From positions 23,622,001 to 23,686,000 of the forward strand of contig OZ231126.1 in NCBI GenBank assembly GCA_965153355.1: a stretch of 64,000 nt of DNA, written 5' to 3'. Of the stretch, positions 23,122 to 36,960 are shown one piece after another (position 1 is the stretch's first letter; each line of letters begins with the position of its first letter). Source of the stretch: Flaccisagitta enflata (lineage: Eukaryota). Below the pieces are notes generated by a model. It ran no database searches and was not told the DNA's origin. It saw nothing but the letters and a program-made list of their open reading frames with translations. A program made the position numbers and the translations under genes.

Positions 23122-24029
23122 TATCATGTTTTTCATTATGATTGTTGATACTTTTCCATGCCTAAAATATGTAGCAAACATGTGTTTTGTATTGTAAAAA
23201 ACGTACTTTCTAAATGATGCAGCAAAGAACCACCATTGGTCTTATGAACTTATGTCAGTATTTGCGAGACTGTTGGTTGTTTGAAAAAAAAAAAAAAAAA
23301 AAAAAAACCACAGCTCATCCAAACAAGAACTTGCATGTTGTTCAAAAGCTTAGCATCCAAATATCAATTTCTTTCTTTATCTCACTGACCTTAATAGTGT
23401 TAAGATGAATTTACTACTTCTTCATTATTGAAATTTTTCAAATATTTTTTCTTTCTTTTTTACTTCTGAAAATAATATTGATACGTCAAGATTTGAAGAA
23501 GGTTTGATCATCCACCTCCAATTCCGTGACTATGTGATGGGAGTAGGGCGGCTGATGACCTTATTCTCCAAGTTATCATTATAGACTTTTATCATTTGTG
23601 CTTAAACTATAACACCTCATACATTGCCTGTAATCCCTGAGATGAAAAAAATCTGTGAACTTTTAAAAACTACAACTGCAAAGAATATGCATTTTTTTCT
23701 CCACTCAATTTATTCTTTGACAGAAATGTCAGCTTTATATGAACTTTTTTATTTTCCCTTGGTGACTTATCAACTGAATTGTTATATTCTTTTGCTGGAA
23801 CAAAGATCAAAGTTTTACTGTGACTATTATGTTCTTTAACACAAATTTGCAATACTTGACTGAAAAACACCAGCTTTTCTGCTCTTAATGTGGATGTCTT
23901 ATCTTATCCAATCCACCATAGTCATGTGTAATTACAGTGAGAATAAAACTAACCTAAACAACAACAAAGTTAGCAAGATGTGAAGAATGTATAAATCAGT
24001 GTTCAATGACAGTTAATAACAACAGTTGA

Positions 24030-27000
24030 GGCTATGATTACGCCCACGAGTTTCAACTGGCACTGTCTATGAGCGTCTATCTGACTGACGACTTGTGGTG
24101 AAAGAAAGTTGGCCGATTGGAAAATAGGAAGGCGATCGTCTCGTTTATTCCATAAAAATTTCAACAACTGAAGAGAGGGGATAAAATGAAAGGGAAAGTG
24201 GGCGTTAATGTTGATCAGCAAACGCAAAAGATAACATGAAATCGAGACAGGACACAATAAAGGACAGAAACAGCACATGACAACATGTTCATCTTCTTCA
24301 GAGCCCATGCCACCTGATAATACCTGCCCCTGCCCCGGCCCATCCCATTAAATTCATCCATATCATCCCCATAGTAAGCTGATCGGGCAAACGATAAAAA
24401 CCATACTAAAACTAAGTGATAAAAATGCAAAAATGCAAAAGACAAGAATAACAGACCGGAAGACAAGATAAAAACAATGTTAATAAAAGCAAAGACGCGT
24501 CTATAAACTTACTTTTAGGCCCACTTTCGTTGGTTTCAACCCACAGTCTGTCGGGGTTAAACTCACGTCCACTGTCCGCTCATAAGTTTATCTGCAATAA
24601 AAGATGAGAGATTAATGAAATTAGCGAATTCCAAGGGCACATTCAATCAATCACGAAAAATCAATCAATCACTTTAGGAAGCAATGCCATAAATAAATAA
24701 AAGCAATCAATCCAAAATTGAATGAAATAAAGACGAGTTATTTACGTTTGTCTACGTAATAAAAACAAATGGCACAAAATACAAGGCGAAACCATATGGT
24801 TACCCATCTAGCGTCTAATATGAAAATGGCGAGAAACAAAAGACGCTGGCATTGAATAATAAAGAAGAAAAGCCAAAAAGCACGCAAAAGAAACAAAAGC
24901 ACACATATTTTTAATAAACGGACGACATACATTCTCTAACATTCTGCCCTATTTTTTGGAATTTCACGAATTTCTGTAATCCGACATCTAGTTTCCAGTC
25001 GGGGAAACCCTACTAAAAACTGAGCACTATCTTTCCCTTGCAAAATTTACATATGACACAGCTCCCCGCCCTCCCTCGCCCACCGCCTTTCTTACATCTC
25101 TACTCCCAATTATCAACAGATCGACGACTGCACGAATGATGATTCCTGTCCGGAAAGGATCCACCACCAGCAAATTTTCAACGATCACGACGACGCGGAT
25201 GGGAATGAGGATGCGATTAGGAGGTTGAGGCACCCGTTCTGTAAAAGTTAAGGGGAAGGGGGGGAAAGGGGAACGGGTTTTGAGCACTTAAGATTTGATT
25301 TGACTTGAGAGTGGAAAATAATCAGTAGGGGCATACTACTAAATATGTCATACGAAGTATTTGTGCATAATGACTAAAAAGACCATGTCTAAAATAAACA
25401 CAACAAAAATGTACATGTTCCAAGGAACCAAACAAAACAAGACAAAATAAATAAGTTACTAACTATATATAAAAACGAATCTGTAAGGATAAAAAAAATC
25501 AGCAAGCATCATGGAACGACCACATCACCTGCGCCTTCTCCATTACAGAGACGAGCGGGTCATTCCGGCTCCAACACTTCGTCAACTCGTGGGCGAAAGG
25601 CGATGAATGATGTCGTCAACGGCGACCGCATCGAAAGGCGCAGGTGGTGCAGCCGTCTGAGAATGTATCCTCCCCGAAGGGAAGAAAAAGAAAGAGAAAA
25701 ATGGGGGCAGATTGATTAGTAAAGTTCTTATCGTACACAGATTCAAATTTACCACAAAAACTCAACCTCAACCCTTCCCAAACCATGATACTTACTTGCA
25801 TCTGTTTTTCGCCAGGCCCCGGGGCGGACGTCATTCCCACGCCCCGGGTAGCGCTCGACTTGGCCGTCTGTCCATCGATGTGGGGATGGAGGATGGGCTC
25901 AGAGTACGATCTCAGCGACGGCGCCCACGCCACATGCTGGGTACCAGAAGTTAAATTGAACAGCACCAAGGCACCAATCGTGCTTAACTGAAGTGTCTGA
26001 TTTTTTCCAAGGCCTGGTTCTCGATTTTTCTTATTTCCAGGCTTGGGAGCTCCTATGTGCGCTAGGATCTGCTGACCGACTTTTTCTGCAGGAGAAGACG
26101 CTGGAGGTGGAGATGTTGCATCGCAATTCGGCGCCAGTCGAAATTTAGGACGCACAGCGGACGCTGTTGTGAAGTCGATGGCCATAGCCGCCTTTGCGCG
26201 TTCCACGGCTTCTTCTCTCTTCTTAGCCTTCATCGCACAGGCCTGCTTCTCCTTTTCAAGCTGTTTCTCCAGTTCCACGACTCGCTTATTGCCTTTGACC
26301 ACCTTATTGTCCGCAGCCATTGCTGCTGACGCAGCATCGCTCTCTTGATATTACATTTAATCCTCTCGCCTACATTCTGACGGCAGCCGCCTAACTCGCT
26401 GACTGATTGAGCGACGCGAAGAAGTCTTTTGGAAGCCTTTGATGCTAAATTCTTCACTACACTCAATGGAGCGTTTGAGGTCAGTGGTGAGTTTCGCAGC
26501 AAGTGGACTCGCGAAGTGGTGTCCATGCAGGGTCAAAGGCTGGATCCGACGGGGGAGGCGGGTTTTGCACTTGCTGCAGACCTTGGGCAGACTCTGCTTG
26601 CTGACGAGGCGCTGCACCAGCTTTAACAGATGCTGGAAGCACTGCCAACTAGTTCGCTTCTACCATGCTTTTGATGGCTGCGAGTGAAAGGAAGATGCCC
26701 GTCTGCTGACCAGAGACTTCTGAGGTTTAACAGCGGACGCCGAAGCCCACCGCAAGTAGAACCTCCCTTGGTTGCTGCTTTGTGCTTTTCAGCTCTCTGG
26801 TCTTTCCCTTGCCGCCGCGGCCCCAGGCGCCTGATTCAGCTTCTGGGTTGTTGCTAACGTTGCCGTCGAATAACCACTTGAAGCTTCTCCTTGGCCTTTT
26901 GGCGCACGTTAGGGCGCGCTGAGGGCTTGAAGGGGCCTTTGCTGGAATCTGCCCTTTTTGTTGACTGGGCACATTATGCTGCCAGGAGTCTTTCTGGACG

Positions 27001-27410
27001 TGATCTCTTCACTGTTGTGAGGGAGTGACGCCACGAGGACCCTGTTGCTGCTGATTTGGGATGAACCAATCCAGGCGCTACTGACGACTTCCTGATGCTG
27101 TAGTAGGAGTGAATTGCACATGATGTAAGTTAGCGGCCGCGTCGAAAGCACAAATACCGCCAGGATTTGGCGGAAGCGCATTGACGAAGTTGCTATGTGA
27201 TGAAGTTGCAGCTGCATCAGGAGGCTTCGGAGCCGCATTCTTCCCCTTCGCTGCCTGGACCATGCGATGAACCTCCTTATCATGCTCCCTCCTTCTTTTA
27301 TTGCTTTGGATTTTGCGCTCCAGAGTCTCCGAGCCAAGCTCTGTCTGATTAGCTGATGAGCGCATGAGAGTTTGTTTATTGCAGCACACTGAAAGTTTTT
27401 CAAACTCTTT
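24030..27410 (-). pseudogene. Decayed multi-exon gene of unknown family (A/S/K/P-rich, with a coiled-coil segment)
   Basis: Canonical minus-strand donors GTAAGT (25795, 24512) and GTAAG (25095); polypyrimidine acceptors at 25239, 24592 and 24168; the large exon 25796-27400 is broken into ORFs 25616-26320, 26230-26526 and 27078-27467 by stops and frameshifts. Confidence 0.5.
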
Positions 27411-27712
27411 GAAGAGGAGAGATACACCAACGTTTTTGTAATAGTACATCCCAATTGTTACAGACAAATTACCAAACGATGATGTAGCTATCCAAGGATA
27501 ATCTAGATATCAAAGGCAATGTTATTTCAAAAGCCATACCATGAAACCGAAATCAAAATATTTCATACAGTCCGCCAGCATTCTATACCATAGTACTACT
27601 GAAATATATGAAAGTTGAACAACATTACTACTCAACCTACTTTAATGTGCCTCTCTCATTCTTTCTCTCTTTCTTTCTGTGTTTTAGGACTTTAAAGATT
27701 ACTATTGCCACC

Positions 27713-27797
<85 letters not shown>

Positions 27798-28228
27798 TAC
27801 CCTGAGGATTTGAAGAAGACTCTTTGAGAATTAAGCCTACATAGCCAAAGAAGGTGAGAGGAGGGATTGAGTGAAGGAATTGTGTAGATAACAGCGAAAA
27901 GCCATTTATAGCGTAACGACTTTCTCTCTGAGTTGCGGCGGTGATTGGTTTTTGTGGGGTTTTGGATAAAGCAAAGGGAAAATGACAACCGGGAATGTGG
28001 CCCATAATGCGATGTTAGGTGCGGTTTGAATTAAACAATTTGCATGAATGCTCGACTGCGAGATATTTTCGATGCCCAATGAATCGGCCCCTCGCGGGCA
28101 TTCCGCCAATCCCAGGGACAGCAATGAGTTATTTCTGGTGAGGTGAAACTGTTTCGCTTGATGTAAATCTTATCAAAACAAAATCGCGCGTTTAGATTTA
28201 CACAATTTTGATATTAACAATGTTTGTC

Positions 28229-28414
28229 TTTTTAGTCGCGTGCACGCGACTCCACCCTTTGCCATGTCGGTCGGTTGGTCAGTCGGTCAGTCTGCCCCAC
28301 TTTTATGATTTTTATATCTGGACCTTACTGTTCCTGCCCGAATGGTCCAGTGATCTCAAATATGGCCCCTGCCCACCCGTACGCGACTTGGGTAGCCGTT
28401 TATCCGGCTTTGTT
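28229..28414 (+). mobile_element. Helentron-like non-autonomous element (clearest copy)
   Basis: T-run, palindromic 5' end AGTCGCGTGCACGCGACT, (GTCG/GTCA) microsatellite, subterminal ACGCGACT, 3' hairpin GCCGtttatcCGGC, T-run: the HINE/DINE-1 architecture. Confidence 0.75.
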
Positions 28415-29111
28415 TTTGTAAATTCTCCAAAGGGAATCAATCACAGCCAAACGTACTCGTCATTGAAGTTTAGACTTTGTTCCTATTGGCTTGTTTTGCT
28501 TCCACGGAAGAAACAAAACCAACAGAGCAGAATTTGTTAATTTATTTATTGCGATATGCAAATCAGGCAAACCTAAACAGTAATGTGGCCTTCATGATTC
28601 TTGCAACACTATTTTCGCTTATCTATAACAGCAACAATACAGCGTAAAGAACGCCACAAACAAAAGAACACAGGCATCGAAAGCCCAAATACAAAGGCCT
28701 TATGGGAATCCATGATGGCTGCCTCCATCCTGCACAGACACGAATTTTGGGAACAGCAGAGCCACCTTAAGTCTACCGTTAGCACGAAGACTCGCGGCTG
28801 CGGCTGCGACGACGGCTGCCGTCTGCGGAATGCTGCCGCTGCGGCCTCCGTTTTCTGCCTTTAGAAATGATGAATCTTCTCAATAAATCGAATCGCAGGC
28901 AAACCTCCTTTCCTCCGTCCTCTTCCGCGGCTCCACTCTTCCTTCTTCTCTTGGAACTCTACACGACGCCTCTTCTTCGTCCTCCGGGCAACGACGATGG
29001 ATGAGCTTCTAGCACCGGCTCTCTCTTGGCTGGCTCGAAAGCTATACGCACGTATATATGAAAGATATCGAGCTATTTCTCATGGCAAAAAAAGAGAGGA
29101 AAGGAAAGGAA

Positions 29112-29175
<64 letters not shown>

Positions 29176-29293
29176 GAAGACAGGGAGACAGACGGAAAGA
29201 TAGACAGACAGGGAGACAGACGGAAAGATAGACAGACAGGTAGACTGAAAACCAAATCGACAGATAAAAATATCTACTCCGGAAGTCCTCAAA

Positions 29294-29950
29294 GGGCCCC
29301 CAAATAATCGAAATAGCTGAAAATGGCTAAAAAATGAGGGGTTTTTGAGTTGTTTCTTCTCAAATGTTATTGGGGCGGACAATTCTATGTTAAGATGCTG
29401 TCACCTGGTTTGGAGCAACAAAAGAAAAGGTCAGGGGCCCCTCAGTGACCCATTCAAGGGGCCCCTAGATGCTCCAAAAGGCTTAAAATGGGCAAAAATA
29501 ACCAAAATTTAAGCATATTTATCAATTTTATGCCATCTTTGACAATGAAGGGCTTAGTTATGTTTAGCTTCCCTCATCAGTGCAGCAGAACTAGATGAGA
29601 AGGCTGAAGACCCCTGATGGGCCCATCCAGAGGACCTAAAAAACTCATAATAGCCAAAAATCCAATTCTTGACATTACACTATTCATCTTTGATACATTG
29701 TTGGAGTGCACCTATTTACTGTTTATTGGATGGATGATTGATTGATTGATTGAATGATTGATTGTTAGATTGATTCATATGTCTGTCGGGCCCCCAAATA
29801 ACCTAAACAGCTGATAATAGCCCAAAAAATGAGGGTTTTGGAGTTATTTCTTCCCAAATGTTGTTGGGAGGGAAATTCCATGTAAAGATACTGTCATATG
29901 GTGTGGAACATCAAAAGAAAAGGTCAGGGGCCCCTCAGGGACCCATTCAA
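29294..29950. repeat. Diverged ~165-bp repeat units
   Basis: GGGCCCC(C)AAATAA...AAAGAAAAGGTCAGGGGCCCCTCAG.GACCCATTCAA at 29294 and 29788; a further unit starts at 29459. Confidence 0.7.
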
Positions 29951-30057
29951 CTGTCTGTTTGTCTTTCTTTCTGTCCATCTATCTGTTCATCCATCTGTCC
30001 ATCCAATCTTATTTCCATTCAACCATCCACCCATAACATGCATTAGCATGTTACAAA

Positions 30058-30413
30058 AACAAGGCCGGATACAGGCGGTCCAGTCGCGGACGGATGGGCA
30101 GGAGCAGTAATGCGAAAACTGCTTGGAATTCAAAAATGTGACCGACCAACTGACCAACCAACATGGCAAGGTGTAGAGTTGCGTGTCCAGGACTAACAAA
30201 CAAGGCCAGATCCACGGCTACCCCAGTTGTGTACGGGTGGGTAGGGGCCGTAACTGAGGTCACCAGATCATTTGGTCAGGAGCAGAGAGGCCAAAAACCA
30301 CAAAAAAAAAAAAAAAACAAACAAAAAAGTTAAGGGTGACCAACGGACAGACTGATGGACCGACGGACCGACCCACAGACAAACAGACTGATAACGCGGG
30401 GTGTAGACTAAAA
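30058..30413 (-). mobile_element. Two head-to-tail Helentron-like copies
   Basis: aacaaggccggatac... to ...gactaacaaa (~30200), immediately followed by caaggccagatccacggctacc... to ...gactaaaa. Confidence 0.65.
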
Positions 30414-30695
30414 TTGTGTAGGTTCAAAAAGATACATTTTTAGATCAACATCACCGTTTTCTATTATGTTCATTTGCACCCAATGCCTAACTATGCCATA
30501 TCGACGAAAAAGCAATACGTTTGCTGGCCCCCGATCAAAACAAACCTGAAAGCTAAAATCGTTATCGTATTCTTTTCATCTGAATCTGATTGTGTCCTCA
30601 GAATCTGATGAATTCTTGTTACTGAAATCACATTGAGCAACTTATCTCGTCAAGTCTGGACCCAGATTGCTTATTAATTCGAATTTTTGCAAATA

Positions 30696-31107
30696 TTTTT
30701 AGTCGCGGACATGCGACTCTACACCTTGCCGTGTCAGTCGGTAGGTTGGTAGGTCCGTCCATCGGTCCGTCGGTCCATCCGTCCGTCCGTCACATTTTTG
30801 TATTCCGAGCGGTTTTTGCATTACTGCTCCTGCCCAACCATCCGCGACTGGATTGCCGCGATCCGGCCTTTTTTTTAGTTGCGGACTGGAAACTCTTTCA
30901 GATTTTGTCCGTCTCTTGGTCCGTCCTTTGGTCCAGCGATTGGTCCATCACGATCGTGTTGAAAACGCGAAAACGCGCTGTCATGATGCTGCAGTTGTTA
31001 ATGTGTGTGTATGTGGGCCGTGGGGAGAGGGGGTTTTGAAGGTGGTGGGGGGGGTGAGGCTGGGGTAAGATGCTCCTGCCCACCTGCCGCCACCCCGCGT
31101 CACTTGT
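30696..31107 (+). mobile_element. Two head-to-tail Helentron-like copies
   Basis: tttttagtcgcggacatgcgactct...gccgcgatccggcc, a T-run, then tagttgcggac... starting a second copy at ~30871. Confidence 0.65.
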
Positions 31108-32660
31108 ACGATTAGCAAAACTTGTAAAATAAGTAAAAGACGTTTCAGTCTGTAGAAAGCCCAACCAACTAAGCCGCGTGTGCGGAAAAAAAATCAAGCT
31201 ACTTGTCCACATCTGTTTTGGTCCATAAAGCGTTTAACTAAAAAATGTTCAGGTTGGCTAATTTGCCCCCCGCTCAAACACGGTAAAGCAATCTGTTACC
31301 CTGAGCTAGTATACGTCTGTTTGGTCCATATGCCATGATTATGATAATGAGTGTGAGGAGGCAGAGCAGCCACCCTGAGAGCCCTGATTCACCCTGAGTG
31401 ACCACCCTGAATGGACAACGTGGGGTATAGAGTTATGTGGCAACTGACAAGCGACTTAAACAATTACTAGCACGCATCTAAAAATTGCACTAACTTAAAT
31501 TTCTAGGTTGAGTGTTCCTACTCAAGAACAAGCCCAATCGGGCAATGATGCATCCATATCAACAAACAGACAGACAGAGTAAAGAAGGAGGCTCTCATAA
31601 CACCTTTGTTGATCCTTTCACTTAGTGTAGGATCTCACTTTGGCAAAAAATAGCCTAGAAATAGTTTTTACTCAGGTGAAACGGACTAACAGAAGGAACT
31701 GACGGATGGACAGACCTCTTGTAGAGACACGTTCCTTATTTGATTTTTAAATCCCTTCTTTATCTAATTCTTTAGGCAACAAGGTGTTACAGAAGCATTG
31801 CCAAGGGGGGGGCAGAATTGGAACTTACTCTTTCAAACTGGAGGGTTACATAAATGGAAAAATGGACACAGGTAAGTTTCGTAGTTGGGAAGATTGGGTG
31901 GCTGGACAAATTTAATTACCAAAAAACACTTTACTTTTCCATAGCACAAGCAATATCAATATATACTAATACAGGGTTACAGTAGCGAGATTAAAATATA
32001 AGTATGCGCAGTAAATCGGGCATAAAAACAGTCAAAGCGCAAGGAGATCAAGGCAGCACAGACCACTAAATCCCACCCTTATGAGAATTAACATTACTTT
32101 ATCCCACAAGTCACTTATAGACAGCAAACAAAATATTCTTTTCATACTTCTTTATAGAGTCGCAACTGAAAATGAAATCACTCAGGAAATCATATCCTCA
32201 ATCTTGCTTTTCAGTAGCATTATATTTGTTATATTTTAAGTTGCGGAAACGCAACACTTTGATAGGCATTTTCCATCTGTTTGTCTGTCCGTCATTTGGC
32301 TGTCCATGATACTCACCTAGGATTGTTTGTGTGTGTGTCATCTTTAAAAGGAAATGTAACCCCAGCTTGAATGTTCAAGATAAATGTAAGGGTGCTGCGC
32401 AGGTAAAATATCCCAAACCGCTTGCCTTATGCTTCCCTGCGTCAACCTGTAGCAAGGGAACAAGGCTGGATACTAGAGATCATCGACATTAGCTAAAAAC
32501 CATTTGGTTATCAAAAGTTTCGTTTCCCTCAAATGTCTTCTTTTAAGTTTCGTCATCGTCACTGCTAAATGTCGTTGCCATCATGCCATTTCCATTTCGT
32601 TTCTACAGTATGCAGCAGATGTAAGACGTGCTCTTTAAAATTTGGTTCCCTTTCAGTCTA

Positions 32661-32980
32661 CATGAATGAACGAATTGATGAGTGAATGAATGAGTGAATG
32701 AATGAATGATGAGTGAATGAATGAATGAATGAGTGAATGAATGAATGAATGAATGAATGAATGAATGAATGAATGAATGAATGAATGAATGAATGAATTA
32801 GTGAATTAGTGAATGAATGAATGAATGAATGAATGAATGAATGATTGAATGGATGAATGAATGAATGAATGAATGAATGAATGAATGAATGAACGAATTG
32901 ATGAGACAATGGATGAGTAAATGAATGAATGAATGAATGAATGAATGAATGAATGAATGAATGAATGAATGAGTGAATGA
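32661..32980. repeat. (TGAA)n microsatellite
   Basis: Directly visible. Confidence 0.97.
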
Positions 32981-33138
32981 AGGAATAATATGCTCGGAAC
33001 ATTTTTCCTTTTTGTAAGAAACAATTAAGTAATCAGATGGTGGCTTTTCTTCCACTTTTTATTCGAGAAACAAGGATAGAAACAAACTGACTAGGAGAGA
33101 ATCTTGTCAGTGAGCAAGAAAGAAAAATTGTAGGTGAT

Positions 33139-33176
<38 letters not shown>

Positions 33177-34270
33177 GAATATGAAAAGTGAAAAGTCTGT
33201 CTCTCTCTCTTTTTCTTCACCTATTCTTTTGTCTGTCAGTCAGTTGGTCGTGACGGTTTTTGACCATGATGTCGAATGACCGACTCCATGGGGTGTGACT
33301 GTCGATTCCGACAGTCACGACATAAGTTCTCCCAACTCTACTGGATACACGGCCAATAAGTAGTTGCTTGTGAGTGGGCAGGGGCGGTAATGCAGGTGGG
33401 CAGGGGTAGTATGAGAGTGGGTGGGAGCAGGCGCAGTAATGCTCAGAAATTGCAAGTCTGGTCAATTTTATGTTATCTTAATTTTCACATTCCAGAAACA
33501 CAGACCAACCTTCCAAGGGACACACCCTCCTATTGAGTCGCTTAGCAAGCTACTAAAAGTATCCCAAGCAGCGTTCTTGCTGCAGCTTGCTGCATAGGAT
33601 AATATCTCAAAAAGACAATCAACAAGTTAAAACTGGCTTTAATCAGAAGATCATATTGTCCAAATCATGTTTTCAAAAATATTTTTAACCAAATTTTCAA
33701 AAGCGATAAAAGCTAGTTGGAATGGTAAAATATATCAAGGAGCTTGCTTACTGGTTGCAACTTGCTGCAGCTTTCTGCACCCTTACTGCAGCTTGCTGCA
33801 GATTGCTGCATAGGTGAAATATACCAGATGCAGCAGACAAATATTCACAAAGTTCATACTGAGAGCATTCAGGAAATCTCGTCCACCAAAATGTGGTCTC
33901 AATCGCCTTTTTGATCAAATTTTCAAAGTCTGTAAGACATTGCTGCAAATGTAAGGAAGCCGTAGAAGCTTATTTTCATGCTGCAGATTGCTGAACAAAA
34001 ATTCTGTAAGCAAGTGTCAAATTACAAAATGAAAACTGCAATCACTCAAGAAATCATTACCTTCAAAATATGTTTTCCATTGTTATTCTGTAATCTCAAA
34101 TATTAGGAACTTGCCACAATTAGTCCCCCAAAGTGCAGCAACTTCTGTTTTCTTTTTTTTTTCACTCTCTCTTGCACTGTTATTTGCACACATCTATATC
34201 AATCAGCATTACCAACCATCTCATATTGTTGTGACAAAAGCATTTATCATGTTAGATGACACTCAAAGGA

Positions 34271-34878
34271 TCAAAAAAAGATGATAAACCCGAGTTTTGG
34301 CCAGAAATTCTTAGGTCTTGTATAGATGACATACATTGTGGAGGTGGGCGATTTTTTCAGCAACTTGGGGCACAGGAAATGATGCAGATCGTTCAAGATG
34401 TTACTACTACAGACTTTAGTCGCCGTATGGTAAAAAAATTGGTTCTCTCCTCTCCCTACTTCAGAAAGTGTTTGGTATATATTATTCCATCATATATGTG
34501 TGAAACTTGCAGATGCAAACATGTTAAGACCCCCTTCAGCATGTTCAAAGTTGAAAAGATTTTTGGCAATTTCTACGGATTGCCTTTCTTCGCTTTTCCG
34601 ACTTTTCAAGATCGTCTGAGGTGTGTTCTGGTATGCCTCAGCATGTTCACACACAAATATTGCTGAAAAACAAGCAGACACCAGTTAAGCTATGTATATC
34701 AAACTCATTTTTGCGTGAAGAAAAGACGATTTTTTGACAATAGATTTCAATAACTTGACAAGTTACGTTCCCGCTTACTAGTTATAGGCAGATTTTCCTT
34801 ACTTTCAGGTTCGTTCTCGCGGGGTGTAACTGTAGACAGTTTCCTCCATCCTTTCATTGTCGACTTTTGCTTCGCCAT
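34271..34878 (-). pseudogene. Possible two-exon gene remnant (~165 codons, one in-frame TGA), unknown family
   Basis: ATG at 34878 in AAGATGGCG context; a GTAAG donor (34778) and tttttcAG acceptor (34663) join in frame (phase 1); the frame stays open to 34271 except for TGA at 34490-34492. Confidence 0.35.
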
Positions 34879-35159
34879 CTTTTCCTCCCAACATATTGTT
34901 TCTCTTATGTCTTGCTCCACACAAAAACTACTTCCTCGTTATTCTGATTTTTTCCTTCCTTTTCTCCTGATGGTGAATGGAATGTCAGCAAATTGACATC
35001 AACAACCATCATCGTTTTACAGGCCCATCCAGCCCATCGTGCCCCGTAATAACCATCATCTTAATATCATCGTATATATCGCTGCAGCCCTCACGTCCTA
35101 GACTTTTCTTTACAGTCCCTCTTGCGCGTTCTTCTTCTCTTTTTTCCTCTCTGCTTTTG

Positions 35160-35507
<348 letters not shown>

Positions 35508-36140
35508 TCTCCCTGCTGCATCAGCAGCTGCGGCATGAATTTTGAAAGAGTTTTTTTCAGCCGCGGCCGCAGCTTGGGCGGTAAACCGTCTGCTGCTGCC
35601 GCGTCATCTCCCAACGAGATTGCATGAGTGAAGGACTATTCGCGCGGATGAATACAGATTACTGTCTTCATCTATCCTTTTTCATTTCTTTCGCTTGTGT
35701 TTCTGTCATTGTTCTTTAATGTTTTTCTATCTTTTTTGTCTTCATTTTTTATGGTTTGCCTTTTTTTTTTGTCGCGGAATCGCATTTCTATCAGGGGCTG
35801 CGTCCGTCCGCGTCCGTCCGTCGATCCATCTTTCCAGTAGCCCATGAAGCGCAAGTCAAAAAGTGTAAACCCGGGTGTTTTCGCCCCTGCCCAGTACCCA
35901 CCCTAACCCCTCCCCCTTTGAGGAAATTGTAACCCTAGATTACTTGATTTCTCCTCTGTCCTTTTCTATTCCTCCGTAAATATACCTACTTGCCTGTACG
36001 TTTCTCAATGTGTAGTTTAGTTGCCTGTCTGTATGTCTGTCTACATTTTTATACGTCTGTCTCTGTCTGTCTGGCTGTCTGTCTGCCTGTCTGCCTGTCA
36101 GTCTGTCTGTCTGTCTGTCGGCCTCTTTCTTTCTTTCCTG

Positions 36141-36239
<99 letters not shown>

Positions 36240-36347
36240 GCTTGTCTCTCTGTCGCTGAACGTATCCTTTTTTACTGAAATTGTTCTATTTTTGTCTCTG
36301 ATGCAGCTGAAGAAAATTTCATGTGGGAATCTTTCTGTGTTTGTCTG

Positions 36348-36449
<102 letters not shown>

Positions 36450-36879
36450 TCTCTGTTTCCATCCTTCATTTCTTTCTTTTGCTCCTCCTCTGTTGTCTCC
36501 TTTTCCTCCCCTTCCTCCTCATTCCTCTCCTTCTGCCCCTCCTCTTCCTCCACATTTCATTTCTGGACTCCTCCTCTTTCTCCACTTGTTCCCTTTCTTT
36601 CTCTTATTCTTCCTCATTGCACGTATTCCATCGTCGTCGTCGACTTCGTTGTCGTCGTCGTCAGCGTCGTTGTCGTCGTCGTCATCGTCGTCTTCGTCAT
36701 CGCCATTGTAAACAACGCCGTAATCATCATCGTTATCGCCCTTGTGGTCGTAGTTGTCGTTTTCGTCGCTGCTATGCTCGTCGTCGTCACCGTCGTCATC
36801 ATCATCGTCATCGTCATCAGGTTTCTTTTTCTCAGGGCAGCGAGGCGCGTCGTCTACGTCGTCGTTGCCATTCCCGTCC

Positions 36880-36960
36880 TCTGATTGGTCTGAATTTTTT
36901 TCACGACGAATGTGACAGTTTGATTGTTTAATTAAACGTATATGTGTCCCAATGAGCAGT
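36880..36960 (+). promoter_or_regulatory. Candidate TALE/homeodomain cis-regulatory module upstream of the Hox exon
   Basis: TGATTGG, TGACAG (Meis/Hth core), TGATTG, TTAATTAA and CCAAT within 80 bp of unique sequence between microsatellites. Confidence 0.35.

Noticed and set aside
25650-25675. GAATGTATCCT resembling miR-iab-4
   Set aside because: Only the 3' half matches; the seed is absent and I see no hairpin.
27797-27815. TACCCTG resembling the miR-10 5' end
   Set aside because: The match ends after 7 nt and there is no complementary arm.
34256-34666. 136-aa plus-strand ORF
   Set aside because: No recognisable motif; better explained as antisense to the spliced minus-strand remnant.
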